This document shows positions 18,368 to 28,991 of a DNA stretch of 64,000 nucleotides, piece by piece (within the stretch, counting starts at the first letter, position 1; each line of letters starts with the position of its first letter). The stretch is taken from NCBI GenBank assembly GCA_033763315.1, contig JANRKS010000002.1, forward strand, positions 384,001 to 448,000. The letters run 5' to 3'. A program made the translations under genes and the position numbers. A model generated the notes under the pieces. The model did not search any database, was not told where the DNA came from, and was given only the letters and a program-made list of their open reading frames with translations. The stretch comes from Deltaproteobacteria bacterium (lineage in GTDB: Bacteria; Myxococcota_A; Polyangia; Fen-1088).

Positions 18368-20560
18368 TTATCCCTCCGTGTCGGCGTCGTCGAACGGGTT
18401 CGCCACCTCCACCACGTCGGCCAAGCTATTCTCTTCGGCATCGTCCGCGGCCAACACTTCCTCCAAGGCCACATCAGCCTCTTCCAAATCTTCGGGAGCT
18501 TCATCGCCAAGGTTGGCCAGGTGGGTGTCGGCCGGCAACGGCTGACGGGCAAAATGATCCAGCACCGCTTGTGCCGCCGCACGCGACATGCCGGGCACTG
18601 TGGCCAAGGCTTCCAGATCGGCTTCGCGGATTTTTCGTAAGCTGCCAAAGTGCCGAAGCAACGCGCGTTGCCGGGTGGGGCCGATGCCAGCGATGTCGCC
18701 CAAGCTGGAACGCAAGGTGCGCCGTTTGCGTTGCGCCCGGTGAAACGTGATCGCGAAACGATGCGATTCATCGCGCAGCTGTTGCAACACGAACATCTCG
18801 GCGCTGTTGGGCCGAATGGGGATCGGATCTTTGGCGTGCGGCAAAAATACGCGATCCGGCCGCCTCACATCGTCTGTGGCCTCGGTGCTGACGCTCGCGC
18901 GCCCACGCCGCGCGCGTGGGGCCGTGTTGCCCGAACCAGCGGCGGCCTCTTCGCTGCGGCCTTTGGCGAGGCCAACGATCGGCAAGCCCACGCCGATGGT
19001 TGTATCGATGCCCACATCACGCGCGGCCGCCAACGCCATTCCCAATTGCCCTTTGCCACCATCCACCACGAGGAGGTTGGGCAATTGCCATGGGCTTTGC
19101 TCTTCGTTGGCTGCGGCGGCCTCGCGCGCGCGGCGGAACCGCCGCGAGAGCACCTCATACATGGACGCGAAATCATCGTTGCCTGCGCCCGCAGCGGCAT
19201 GCTTGATCTTGAACGTGCGGTAACGAGATTTGTCGGGTCGCCCATCCACAAACACCACCATTGATGCCACGGTGTCTGTGCCCTGCACGTGTGAGATGTC
19301 GTAGCACTCGATCACGCGTGGCAAGGTGGGCAGCCTCAAACGCGCCTGCAGCATCGCCAGCGTTTCTTCAGCGTCCTTCTGCGCGTTGCGACGGCTGGCA
19401 AAACAAGCGGCCGCGTTCTTGCGTGCCAGTTCAACCAACGACGCTTTGGGCCCGCGCTGAGGCGCAAGGATCGCCACGCGACGGCTAGGTCCCCCCTTGC
19501 TGCGCAACTCCGAAAGCCACTCACCTTTAAGTTCGGCGTCCTCGATCATGAACGGCAGCAAGATCTCGTTGGGCGGCGCAGGGTTGCGGTCGTAATACAG
19601 CCCCAAAAAGGTGGAGAGCAATTCACCGTCGGGAAATTCTTGGCCACCAAATGAGAAATTCCGCGTGCCCAACATTTGCCCGTTGCGGATCGATATCACT
19701 GCAATTTCGAGCGCCAAGCCTTCGCGGTGAAATCCAAACACATCTTGATCTGCGAAATCGCCCGACACCACTTGCTGCGATTGCAGCGTGGATTCGAGCG
19801 CCCGAATTTGATCTCGTACCATCGCCGCCGTTTCGAAGGCCAGCGCGCCGGCCGCTTGTTTCATGCGGCCTTTAAGGCGGTCCATCAGCTCATCGTTCTT
19901 GCCGTCGAGAAACAGGCGCACGTCGCGCACTTGTTCGCCGTATTCGTCGCGCGGCACTTCCAGAACACATGGCGCGGGGCAACGTTTGATCTGGTATTGC
20001 AAGCACGGGCGGCGGCGGGTTTGCAACACGTGATCTGTGCACGTGCGCAATTGAAAGTGCCGGTTCACCACGCGCAAGGCCTCCCGGCATGATGAAGCTG
20101 AGTGGTAGGGGCCGAAGTAATACGCGCCGTCGTTGCGAAGTTGGCGGACCACTTCCAGTTTCGGCCACGCCGCCGCAGGATCCAAGCGCAGCACCAAGTA
20201 GTTCTTGTCGTCGCGCAGGTTCACGTTAAAGCGTGGCCTGTGCTTCTTGATCAGCGTGTTCTCTAAAAGCAGCGCCTCTTTTTCATTGCTAGTGATGACC
20301 GTCTCGATGTCACCCACGATGTGCGCCAACAGCGGCACGAAATCGCGTATGTCACCCGTGTTTGGCTGAAAATACTGGCGCACGCGGTTGCGCAAGTTTC
20401 CGGCCTTGCCGATGTAGAGGGTCTTGCCGTAGCGATCCTTCATGATGTACACGCCCGGGTCTGTGGGCAGGCGCGCCAGGATCTCGTCCAAGCTGCGCGC
20501 CTCTAATGGGGCGGCGCCGTCGGCAAGCGTGGGATAGGGTGGTGGAGCGGGAAGAGACAT
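18368..20560 (-). CDS. uvrC: Excinuclease ABC subunit C
   Basis: GIY-YIG (PGVYIM...YIGKA), RPCLQYQIKRCPAPC, IECYDISH, VVDGGKGQL, RDESHRFA, HhH; acidic C-terminal tail. Confidence 0.97.
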   Translation of the reverse strand: MSLPAPPPYPTLADGAAPLEARSLDEILARLPTDPGVYIMKDRYGKTLYIGKAGNLRNRVRQYFQPNTGDIRDFVPLLAHIVGDIETVITSNEKEALLLENTLIKKHRPRFNVNLRDDKNYLVLRLDPAAAWPKLEVVRQLRNDGAYYFGPYHSASSCREALRVVNRHFQLRTCTDHVLQTRRRPCLQYQIKRCPAPCVLEVPRDEYGEQVRDVRLFLDGKNDELMDRLKGRMKQAAGALAFETAAMVRDQIRALESTLQSQQVVSGDFADQDVFGFHREGLALEIAVISIRNGQMLGTRNFSFGGQEFPDGELLSTFLGLYYDRNPAPPNEILLPFMIEDAELKGEWLSELRSKGGPSRRVAILAPQRGPKASLVELARKNAAACFASRRNAQKDAEETLAMLQARLRLPTLPRVIECYDISHVQGTDTVASMVVFVDGRPDKSRYRTFKIKHAAAGAGNDDFASMYEVLSRRFRRAREAAAANEEQSPWQLPNLLVVDGGKGQLGMALAAARDVGIDTTIGVGLPIVGLAKGRSEEAAAGSGNTAPRARRGRASVSTEATDDVRRPDRVFLPHAKDPIPIRPNSAEMFVLQQLRDESHRFAITFHRAQRKRRTLRSSLGDIAGIGPTRQRALLRHFGSLRKIREADLEALATVPGMSRAAAQAVLDHFARQPLPADTHLANLGDEAPEDLEEADVALEEVLAADDAEENSLADVVEVANPFDDADTEG

Positions 20561-20628
20561 GGCAATCGCCGCGAGGGGCGGTTGCCGGTAGGTATAGTAA
20601 ACCGTGGGCCTTCGCGCCCTTGCCCACG

Positions 20629-22137
20629 TCAACCCATGGAGATGATGGGCGCGGGATCAGACGCTTTCTCGAAAACCGAAGCGAGCTGGAACCCCGAGTA
20701 CCCCGGGTCCATGAACGGATCGCCATAGCCGTAGCCCACGCGGCCGAATTTTTCCCACTCGGCCTTCGGCACACCCATGGCTTGCAACGCGGTGGCCAGC
20801 CACTGCCGGTGCAGCAGCCCCAAGCGCTGTTGTTGAAAACCGCCGAACAGCTTCATCTTCTTGGTGCCGCGGTAGTCCACGAAAAGCCCCGTTTTGAAGT
20901 ACCCCGAAGCGGAGCCGGCCATCATCACGCAGCCATCTTGCGCGGCGTGCGTTTCCCATCCCGCCTCCTGTGTCCATTGCACCATGGCGTCGTCAAGCAA
21001 CGTGCGTCCGGGTGCCAGCGTGACAGCGTCCAGCTTCTTTACGAGATCCAAGAACACAAACTCGAAGATCGCCTGATGCACGCTGACCACGGTTTGTTGC
21101 GGTCCATCACCGCCCGCTTGGTGCGCAATGCTTTGATGATAGCCGCCACCGAATGTGTTGAAGCTGTCGCTGGGCACGCCGATCGTCACCACGCGCGTGG
21201 TGCCACACGCCAAGGCCGCCACGATCACGTCGTTGAGCAAGGGGTAAAGGGTCTTTCCACCCTCACCGCCAGGGCTCAGGTTGGCGGTGTCGCCTTTGAG
21301 CGTGGTGCCACCGCACACGCGCGGAGGTGGTGCGGTCAATTGGCGCTCAAGCTCAGCTAAGTGCGTGACGTGCGCGTCCAGGCGCGCCTTGTCTTCGGCT
21401 GAGAGCCGGCGGTTCGATTGCTTCAAGGTGCGGTAGTTTTCGATCACGCGATCAATGATCGGTTTTCGCGCGGGTGCCCCCGGCGTGCTGGGTGGCGCGC
21501 CTGCCACCAGCTTATCGAACAGCGACTTCGCTGAACCATCCAAGCCCACGCGGTTCACGGCGCCTGAGCCCAACGTGGGGTTGGCCCACGCGAACGAGCA
21601 GGGCATTTGAAAACCGCCACGGCCTGTGACGACGGAACGCATCTTGATGCCGCTCGTATCTTTATAGAACGACGGCGACCAAGCCATCACTTGATCGATC
21701 GACGCCATTTGCTTGAGGCCCCCTGGCCCCTGATCATTGACGGCGAAGTTTCCCAGCTGGCCGCTGTGGTGCCCGCTGTAATAGGGATAATCGATGCCGC
21801 GGATGACGTTCAGCTTGGCGGCCAATTGTGCGGTGAGGCCCGCCCCCCTCATCACCCGCGAAAGTTGACCGTTGTTCACGCCCGGAGCCAGATCGCCGTA
21901 CTTGACCGTGTAGCCGGGGAAGATTTCTTTGCTTTGGGTCAGGAGCGTTTCATTGGGGTACATGTTCTCGGGCTTGCAGGCGCCGTGCACGCTGCAAATG
22001 GCCGCGAACACAGGCTGCCGGCCCAGCTCTGCCGCCAAAGACGGACGCTCCACCAGTGAGGGCAAGAACGGCAACCCGAGGGTGAATCCTCCCGTGCCTC
22101 GCAACACTTGACGCCGCGTCGTGACGAACTTCTTCAT
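20629..22137 (-). CDS. DUF1552 domain protein (Tat signal)
   Basis: TRRQVLRGTGG..LGLPFLPSL, SIDQ, DKARLDAH, ALACGTTRV, TLLD; GGAGGT RBS. Confidence 0.85.
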   Translation of the reverse strand: MKKFVTTRRQVLRGTGGFTLGLPFLPSLVERPSLAAELGRQPVFAAICSVHGACKPENMYPNETLLTQSKEIFPGYTVKYGDLAPGVNNGQLSRVMRGAGLTAQLAAKLNVIRGIDYPYYSGHHSGQLGNFAVNDQGPGGLKQMASIDQVMAWSPSFYKDTSGIKMRSVVTGRGGFQMPCSFAWANPTLGSGAVNRVGLDGSAKSLFDKLVAGAPPSTPGAPARKPIIDRVIENYRTLKQSNRRLSAEDKARLDAHVTHLAELERQLTAPPPRVCGGTTLKGDTANLSPGGEGGKTLYPLLNDVIVAALACGTTRVVTIGVPSDSFNTFGGGYHQSIAHQAGGDGPQQTVVSVHQAIFEFVFLDLVKKLDAVTLAPGRTLLDDAMVQWTQEAGWETHAAQDGCVMMAGSASGYFKTGLFVDYRGTKKMKLFGGFQQQRLGLLHRQWLATALQAMGVPKAEWEKFGRVGYGYGDPFMDPGYSGFQLASVFEKASDPAPIISMG

Positions 22138-22334
22138 AAGACCTCCAGAACCGCAAAGGAGAGCCAACTGGCGCAAACGCCGCGTTCTAACGCGGCATCA
22201 GTAGGCGTAATTTACCTCAGATAAGGCCCATAAGTACTAGGAGATTAGTTCTATGTAGTGGTGTTTTCAGGAGAAGGGCGGATCTGGTAGGGCTTGCGGC
22301 GTGGCTTCTCGTCCTCCATACAGCCTGCCACTCG

Positions 22335-23300
22335 ATGCCCCAGCCCTTGCCGCACACCGTTGGGGCGCCCACGACCCAGGAAGCGTTTCGCTCCGCCAGC
22401 CTGCGCCTCGTGTTGGCGTCGGTGTTCTTCGGCATCATGGCCGTGGGCACGAAATGGCTTTCAATGCGTTTGCCCGGGCCCCAGATCGCCGCCATGCGGA
22501 TGGCTTTCGGCACCCTGGTGTTCGCGCTGCTCGCCGCACGCACCCGGGCTCTGCTGCGCACGTCCCGGCCGCAGTGGCTCGCGGCGCGGGGGCTATTTGG
22601 CGGGCTGGCCGTACTTATCTACTTCGTTTCCATCGCGAAGGTGGGGGTGGGGCTGGCCACGGTCATCCATTACAGCGCGCCTGTGTGGGCGGCCTTGCTG
22701 GGGCGCATCGTCTTGAAAGAGCGTATGTCCCTCGCCACGGCGTTCGCGTTGACTTTGGCGCTCGCGGGGGTGGGGCTCGTGATGGGACCAACCCTGGGCG
22801 AGGCATGGCGGGTGGGCGCGGCTGGGCGCGTGCAGCCGGTTTGGTATCTGCTGTCTCTCGCTTCGGCGTTTGTTTCGGCGGCGGCGCTGGTGTCTGTGCG
22901 CGCGGCCAGGCGTGCCTCAGCGCTCGGGCCACCGGATCATGAGTGGACCTTGTTTGGCAGCTTCTCGCTGTTCGGGTTGCTGGCCGCGTTGCCCTTTGCC
23001 GTTGCGCCCTTGGGCACGTGGGTGTGGCCTTCGGGGCTGGCTTGGCTCGTGGCCGTCGGCGTCGCCGCCGTGAGCGTGTTGGCACAAGTGATCATGACCC
23101 GCGCCTTGGCTCACGTGCCCGCATCGGCCCCGGGCGTGGCGAATCAGCTGTCGGTGGTTATTGCCACCACGGGGGGGGTGCTGTGGTTCAACGAACACAT
23201 CACAGCCTTGACCCTGGTGGGGGCCACGATGATCGTGGCCGGGGTGCTGGCAAGCTTACGGGGCCGGCCACCTGTGCCGGTCGCTGCCAAGGCAGGCTGA
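22335..23300 (+). CDS. DMT/EamA family transporter
   Basis: ~10 TM helices in two EamA repeats (YSAPVW...LKER; LWFNEH). Confidence 0.9.
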   Translation: MPQPLPHTVGAPTTQEAFRSASLRLVLASVFFGIMAVGTKWLSMRLPGPQIAAMRMAFGTLVFALLAARTRALLRTSRPQWLAARGLFGGLAVLIYFVSIAKVGVGLATVIHYSAPVWAALLGRIVLKERMSLATAFALTLALAGVGLVMGPTLGEAWRVGAAGRVQPVWYLLSLASAFVSAAALVSVRAARRASALGPPDHEWTLFGSFSLFGLLAALPFAVAPLGTWVWPSGLAWLVAVGVAAVSVLAQVIMTRALAHVPASAPGVANQLSVVIATTGGVLWFNEHITALTLVGATMIVAGVLASLRGRPPVPVAAKAG

Positions 23301-23313
23301 AAAGCCGGTTGTA

Positions 23314-23844
23314 TCAGGGCGCTTGCTTTTCCAGTTTCACGCTGATCTTCGCCGGCTTGTTGGCCGTCACCTTCACCGCGCGCTCTACAAAGCCTGGGGC
23401 AACCACGACGATGTCATGCGTTTGGTTTGCTTTGGGCAGCATAACCGGGTTGCTGTTGGCCGGTTGTCCGTCAACGAACACACGCGCGTCGCGCGGCGAT
23501 AATTCCATATCGATCAACACGCTTTCGCCCTGTTGAACGCCTCGCCATTGGGTGGGCTTCGCGGTCGCTCGTTCGAACGCGCGTGCGGCCTCACGATCAA
23601 GGCGCAAGTTCATCAATCCCTTAATGCCCTTGGTGAACAGCAGGAACAGGCAACCCGCGCCCACAAACGCAAAGAACCAAATGATCAGCGGCGTGTTCAT
23701 GGGACGGCGGTATTTGGTTGCCGCACGTCGGTGGCGTTTACGCACGTCCTCCGTCGCCAAAGTGCCACCCGGCTCCGGCCGCGGCTGGACCTCGGGCGGT
23801 GGCGCGGGCGGGCCTTCAGGCGGCAAAAAAGGATCCCGGGTCAT
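23314..23844 (-). CDS. Membrane-anchored PEGA-like domain protein
   Basis: One TM helix, then LSPRDARVFVDG...HDIVVVAPGF. Confidence 0.65.
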   Translation of the reverse strand: MTRDPFLPPEGPPAPPPEVQPRPEPGGTLATEDVRKRHRRAATKYRRPMNTPLIIWFFAFVGAGCLFLLFTKGIKGLMNLRLDREAARAFERATAKPTQWRGVQQGESVLIDMELSPRDARVFVDGQPANSNPVMLPKANQTHDIVVVAPGFVERAVKVTANKPAKISVKLEKQAP

Positions 23845-24431
23845 GGGCGAACGCGTTTGATTTCCGGTTCGAGATCTTGCAAGAACCGCTCAAGCTCCGG
23901 CTTCGACGCTTCGCCATAAAGGGCCCCCACCAGCGCACCCGTTCGGTTGTAAGCGAACAACGCGGGTATCGAGCCCTCCCATTGCGGATCCAACCCGGCC
24001 ACGAACGCATCAACGTCTTCGAACCGCGCGATCGCACGCGTCAAAGCGCCGCGCGCGCGGCCATCGATCACACGGCCCACCAAAGCGGCGTTTCTCCGTG
24101 TGGGTTCGTCCATGGCCACTGAAAGAAGCTCCATGTCCCTGCTTGGCAACGACTCAGCCAAATCGGCCATTGTTGGCAATTCTTGAATGCATGGGGGGCA
24201 CCATGACGCCCACATATGAAGCAGCACGAGGCTGCGTGGTGAAGAGCGAATGCGCGCGCGGATCTCCGGCAGCGTGACGAACAGGGCTGGCCCAGCTCCG
24301 CGCAGGGGATCAGGGGCTTGTGTGGGAGCGGGCTTGACCGCGGGCTTACTTTTGCGCGGCTCTGCGTTGGCGTGGGCTCCGCAACTCATCAATAGCCATG
24401 CGAGCGGTGCCAGGAGCAACAGCCGGTTCAT
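23841..24431 (-). CDS. TlpA-family thiol:disulfide oxidoreductase lipoprotein
   Basis: Lipobox LMSC; HMWASWCPPCIQELP; WEGSIPA. Confidence 0.9.
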   Translation of the reverse strand: MNRLLLLAPLAWLLMSCGAHANAEPRKSKPAVKPAPTQAPDPLRGAGPALFVTLPEIRARIRSSPRSLVLLHMWASWCPPCIQELPTMADLAESLPSRDMELLSVAMDEPTRRNAALVGRVIDGRARGALTRAIARFEDVDAFVAGLDPQWEGSIPALFAYNRTGALVGALYGEASKPELERFLQDLEPEIKRVRP

Positions 24432-25582
24432 CGTTCCTCGTGCAACAGGTGGTGGGCTTGCGGCAGGATCTGCATGATCCGGTCAACGTGGGGTGATCCG
24501 GCCAGGGCGCTGCGCAGTTTGCGTTCGTCATAACCGATGGCTTTGTAGCCCGGAAACCAGGGATCGTTTTGGCTAAGCATGTTGTAGCGCGAGCGCGCGT
24601 ACGGAAGCAGATCCCAGGCTTTAATGAGGCCCCACAACCACAACGTTTTGCGCACGTTCACGCCCTCCGGCAGCCGTTCCCATTCGGGCACGCCCTGTAA
24701 GTACGACGCCGCAAAATCGTCGCCCAACGTTTCATTCCAGCGCGTCTGCAATCGACTGGCGGCTGCCTTCACAGCGTCATCATGCGGCGGCAGATTCGCC
24801 AAGGCCGCGACGTGCGCGTCGAAATCCGAAGGCCGCGCGGCGCCCACGGACAACGTGTGCACGGCAGGGTTGGACAAGCAAAACAGGTCGTTGAATTGCA
24901 GCGGTGACAACGGCGCACACGCGTCCAGCCACAGAGGCCGTGGGGTGTGCAGGTGCCCGCCCTTGTCCGTGGGGCTGATGATGAACACACCCATGTCGCG
25001 TGCCGTGGCGGCGGCGATGGCGGGCGCGTTCTCTTGGAAAATGAAATACCAATGAAGGTTCACATAGTCGAAGCGATTGGTTTCGATCGTTTCGAGGATC
25101 ACGTCCAAAGACGCGTGCGTCGAGAAGCCAATATGCTTGAGCCGACCCGCGGCGCGAAAGCGTTCAGCCACCTCCAAGCAGCCACCGTCGCGCATCATCC
25201 AATTGAACACCTCGCGGTTGTTCACACCGTGAAACGCAAATAGATCAAGCGAGCTGACCTGCAGGCGCTCGAACGTTTGTTCAAGGTTCGCCTCGAACTG
25301 TTTTGGATCTGCCGTCGGCGCCACCTTGCTTTGCAAGATGAAACGATTGCGTGGGTAAGCGCGCAGGGCTTTGCCCAATTGCGCTTCGCTCGTGCCATAA
25401 CCGCGTGCCGTTTCCACGTGGTTGATGCCTAAGGCGAAAGCGTGTGCCAACACCGCGTCCAAATTGCTTTGGCTGGCGGCAGACACAGGCTTGTCAGCCG
25501 ACCATGATTGCTGAAAACGCATGCCCCCGCACGAAAATACGGGGATCTGCAATTCGGTTCGACCAAAGCGGCGGTAAAGCAT
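24428..25582 (-). CDS. Aldo/keto reductase (COG1453-like)
   Basis: YRRFGRTEL, FSCGGMRF, GINHVETARGYGTSE, HIGFSTH. Confidence 0.9.
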   Translation of the reverse strand: MLYRRFGRTELQIPVFSCGGMRFQQSWSADKPVSAASQSNLDAVLAHAFALGINHVETARGYGTSEAQLGKALRAYPRNRFILQSKVAPTADPKQFEANLEQTFERLQVSSLDLFAFHGVNNREVFNWMMRDGGCLEVAERFRAAGRLKHIGFSTHASLDVILETIETNRFDYVNLHWYFIFQENAPAIAAATARDMGVFIISPTDKGGHLHTPRPLWLDACAPLSPLQFNDLFCLSNPAVHTLSVGAARPSDFDAHVAALANLPPHDDAVKAAASRLQTRWNETLGDDFAASYLQGVPEWERLPEGVNVRKTLWLWGLIKAWDLLPYARSRYNMLSQNDPWFPGYKAIGYDERKLRSALAGSPHVDRIMQILPQAHHLLHEER

Positions 25583-25614
25583 GGACAAGCCGCCGCAGGG
25601 CCCGCGGCGCGCGC

Positions 25615-27330
25615 TCAGTATACGCGATTGTTGTGAAGCTCGGTTGTTCCCCCGGCTGGGTCAACCAACAGTTTGGCGCGGCTGGCGTCGCTGTCGAGCA
25701 ACGCCATACGCCCGGCGACGTTCTTCGGTGAAACGAACACGTCGGTGCCCGCGGCCGCCACGCTGTTGCGTATCACCACTTCTTTGCTGTTGGCCACGGC
25801 GATGGCCGCGCCCGTGGCGTGCGCCTGCTTGCCCGTGAAACCTTGCACCGTCACGTCCTCGCAGGCCTCCAGGGCCAGCGCCGACGTGAAGTATTCCGGC
25901 AGATCGTTGTCCCACGTCACCTTCAGGTTCGTCACCGAAAGCCCTTTGACACGTTCGCAGTGCAGGGCAGGGATGTCGTGCTTGAAGATGGCCGTGGCTT
26001 TGTCGCGCGTGGCCCGCAAATCGAAGTTGCCACCATACGTCGACTGCAGCGGCCCCTTGCGGATGTGCAGCTTGATGTCGGAAAACATCACGTCCTCAAT
26101 CACACTGTCGGGCGTGCCGTAAATCAACATACCCGCTTCGCCGATCGCGCTAATGTTGTGAAACCGCACATTCCGGATGGTGCCCGGCGTTTGCGCTTCT
26201 GGATCCCACAGCAAGGCCGACACGTGAATGGGTTCTGCCTTACCCCACCAACGACCCGTGAAATGTTGCGATTCGATGATGATGTTCGAAAACGAAATGT
26301 CTTCCACGTCGTCTTTGCTGCGCACGAATACGGAAACCCCACGATGCGACGAGCGGATCAGAAGATTGTCGAACGTGCAGTTCTTGATCGAGCCGCCGTT
26401 GTAGCCCACGCGAATGCCCGTGGACTTGCAAGTAAGCGTGCAAGTGGACACGGCCACGTTGTGGCTGCCGAAGATGGCGATGCAATCGTCACCCGTTTCG
26501 ATGTTGCAGCCCACGATGCGCACTTGCCGGCAACGCGAAAGATCGATGCCGTCGTCGTTCGGAATGCGAAGCGTGTGGTCGCGCGTATTGATGTCCACGC
26601 CCTGGATCAAAACATCCGTGCACTCTTCCAGATGCGTTGTCCACGTGGGTGAATTGGCAATGCCGATGCCGGCGATCAAAACATTGCGACACTTGCGAAA
26701 GCGCACCAAGTTTCCGGGGCGATCATTGGTGCGCGCAAAGGGGCCATCCGGGAAGCCCTCGGGGCCAGGCTTCATAAAGCTTTCGCCCTGGCGTGTGGCT
26801 TTGGGATCGTGATCTTTGCCGGGATAGGAAAGATCGTCTTTGACGAACACGCGGCCATTGCCGTCGATCACACCACGGCCAATGATGGCAACGTAATCGC
26901 CACCCTCACACGTCACCAAGCCGGCGCGGCTCGACTCGTGACCGCTGGCCCCGGCGGCTTCCAAAGGGTAATGCTCAAGCGTGGCGCTGCCCAGCAACTT
27001 GCTGCCGGCGTCTAAATGCAACGTGGTGCGGCTGCCAATGCGGATGGGGCGGATCATATAAGTTCCGGCGGCCACGAACACAGTGCCGCCGCCGCGGCTG
27101 GCACACACATCTAATGCCCTCTGCACGCTTTGCGTGTCGTCGGTCTTGCCGTCGCCCACGGCGCCAAAGGCGCGCACCTCGAAGAACGCCCCCCCCGCGG
27201 GAGCGTGCGCGCAGCCCGTCGGTATGGCAGCGAACGCCGCCGCTGCACACACGAATTGGCGGCGCGAGGCAGCCACTTGTTCTTTGATTTTCGTTCGTCG
27301 CGCGAGCAAGGCCGAAAGGTGAGCGTTCAT
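25615..27330 (-). CDS. Glycoside hydrolase family 28 (polygalacturonase-like), Tat signal
   Basis: SRRQF Tat motif; FGAVGDGKTDDT, PNDDGID, TGDDCIAI; beta-helix pattern. Confidence 0.88.
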   Translation of the reverse strand: MNAHLSALLARRTKIKEQVAASRRQFVCAAAAFAAIPTGCAHAPAGGAFFEVRAFGAVGDGKTDDTQSVQRALDVCASRGGGTVFVAAGTYMIRPIRIGSRTTLHLDAGSKLLGSATLEHYPLEAAGASGHESSRAGLVTCEGGDYVAIIGRGVIDGNGRVFVKDDLSYPGKDHDPKATRQGESFMKPGPEGFPDGPFARTNDRPGNLVRFRKCRNVLIAGIGIANSPTWTTHLEECTDVLIQGVDINTRDHTLRIPNDDGIDLSRCRQVRIVGCNIETGDDCIAIFGSHNVAVSTCTLTCKSTGIRVGYNGGSIKNCTFDNLLIRSSHRGVSVFVRSKDDVEDISFSNIIIESQHFTGRWWGKAEPIHVSALLWDPEAQTPGTIRNVRFHNISAIGEAGMLIYGTPDSVIEDVMFSDIKLHIRKGPLQSTYGGNFDLRATRDKATAIFKHDIPALHCERVKGLSVTNLKVTWDNDLPEYFTSALALEACEDVTVQGFTGKQAHATGAAIAVANSKEVVIRNSVAAAGTDVFVSPKNVAGRMALLDSDASRAKLLVDPAGGTTELHNNRVY

Positions 27331-27437
27331 GGCCGGCACATTACGCGCGCCACAGAAAATTCGTCAACGTTCCAACGATCTAGTTCAAGCGGCTTTATGC
27401 GGATTTTTCCCCGGCGACCGTGATCTGGCGCCCACCA

Positions 27438-28919
27438 TCACACGGCCAAGCCGGCAAACACCCGTCCCTCGCGGGCGCCCACCTGCACCGGCAGCCCGTG
27501 TGCGTGCAGTTCATGAGACGACACAAGTTGCGCCTGCAAGCTGAACGGGTCTGTGAAACGCAACTTCAGGGGGCAATCTTCCGTGGTCTCAATCTGCAGG
27601 CGCCCGTGCGCCGTTCGATCACTTTGGTTGAGCACGATGAAACACGGCACGCCCGAGAGCCACCAGGCCCACGCCACCAAACCCGTGTGACTGGTGTCGG
27701 TGCTGTTGAGCGGCGCCTGAACTTCGATCATCGTGAAGTGGCCGCGCTGCAGGCTGGGGGAAGCCCCCAAAGCCACGAGGCGACGGTGAAAATCGCGCAG
27801 ATTCTCGTCAGGCACTTCCGCGGGCTGGCGCACGAGCTGCACGGGCACGCGCAGACGGCGGCCTTCGAATTGACCCTCGTGAAACATCCGGATGCCGGGC
27901 AAGGTGGCCGACGCGATCGCGGCGCCCCGCAACTTGTGCCCCGCGAACGCTGCAGCCGCGCGAGGTTCGTCGTGGTTTTCCACGAAGCGCAGGCCGTGCC
28001 GCAAAAACGCGCCTTGCCCGCGCAGATGCGCGCGCAGACTTTCCGCATCGCCGTGCAACAAACGGTCGTACAATGTCTTGTCGTAAACATAATCAAACCC
28101 AAGGTCCACAAGCCGGCCCTCGGTGCCCCAATAGGCTTCGGCGATGAACAGAAAATTGGGAAATCGCTCTTTGACGCGTTTGATGGCGACGTACCAAAAT
28201 TCCTCGGCGGGCGGGCTTTGGCCATTCAAGTGGTGCTTCCACGTGCTGGCGAACACGTCGTTGAGCAGCAGCATGGCCATATCGCAACGAACGCCATCGG
28301 CCACGGCCGCGATGCCCAGCAACAGGTCGATGAGCGCCTGGCGCATGCCGGGGTGAAACACATTGACCTGAACTGTGTCGGCCCACGCTGCGAAATAGGG
28401 ATCTTTGCCGTGCGCCAACACGTCGCCTTTGCCGGTGCGAAAGTGGCTGGTGGGATCGTTTTTCAGCTGTTCTGCGGTGCCCGCGATGAAGCGCTCGGGA
28501 TGTGAAAGCGTCCAGGCGTGATCCATGGCTAGGTGGTTGGGGACGAAGTCCAAGATCAACGCCCGTCCCATGGCGCCCAGCTGCGCGCCGAAATCCGCCA
28601 AAGCGTGAGGCGGTCCCAGCGCGGGGTCGAGCGTGTATGCGCCCACGGCGTAAGGAGAGCCGGCCACATCGTCGCGCGTCCAGCCCGGCAGCACGCGATC
28701 GAATTCCTGCTTGAGGGGCTGGCTGGCAAGCGCTTGGGCGCGCGACCCCGCCGTGCGTGTCCAGGCACCCATGAGCCAAACGGTGTCAAAACCGGAAACG
28801 GCTTCTTTCACCAAGTGGTCGGGAAGGTTCGCCAACGTGAGGGGGCGGCCGTGACGGTTGGCCATACGACGCAACCAAAGGTGGGCATTAAGCTCAAGCA
28901 GCAGCGGGTGCCGGCGCAT
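27438..28919 (-). CDS. Alpha-amylase family (GH13) glycosidase
   Basis: LDFVPNH, DGVRCDMA, IAEAYW, FVENHDE conserved regions. Confidence 0.92.
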   Translation of the reverse strand: MRRHPLLLELNAHLWLRRMANRHGRPLTLANLPDHLVKEAVSGFDTVWLMGAWTRTAGSRAQALASQPLKQEFDRVLPGWTRDDVAGSPYAVGAYTLDPALGPPHALADFGAQLGAMGRALILDFVPNHLAMDHAWTLSHPERFIAGTAEQLKNDPTSHFRTGKGDVLAHGKDPYFAAWADTVQVNVFHPGMRQALIDLLLGIAAVADGVRCDMAMLLLNDVFASTWKHHLNGQSPPAEEFWYVAIKRVKERFPNFLFIAEAYWGTEGRLVDLGFDYVYDKTLYDRLLHGDAESLRAHLRGQGAFLRHGLRFVENHDEPRAAAAFAGHKLRGAAIASATLPGIRMFHEGQFEGRRLRVPVQLVRQPAEVPDENLRDFHRRLVALGASPSLQRGHFTMIEVQAPLNSTDTSHTGLVAWAWWLSGVPCFIVLNQSDRTAHGRLQIETTEDCPLKLRFTDPFSLQAQLVSSHELHAHGLPVQVGAREGRVFAGLAV

Positions 28920-28991
28920 TAGTGGCAGCACTCTAGCGCGTGCGGGCCCATTCGCCCAGCGTGAGGCGTGTGGCTGTGGAGTCACCGCGGG

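Noticed and set aside
18346-18771. N-terminal extension of the 17842 ORF overlapping uvrC
   Set aside because: The lipoprotein signal begins at Met 18345; the extension is an alternative frame of uvrC.
22153-22167. sigma54 promoter upstream of DUF1552 (TTGGCTCTCCTTTGC on the minus strand)
   Set aside because: GG-to-GC spacing is 9 nt, not the required 10.
27420-28505. 361-aa plus-strand ORF and similar long antisense ORFs (for example 4489-5331, 20506-21360, 46845-47759)
   Set aside because: Shadow frames of well-supported genes in GC-rich DNA, with no recognisable motifs.
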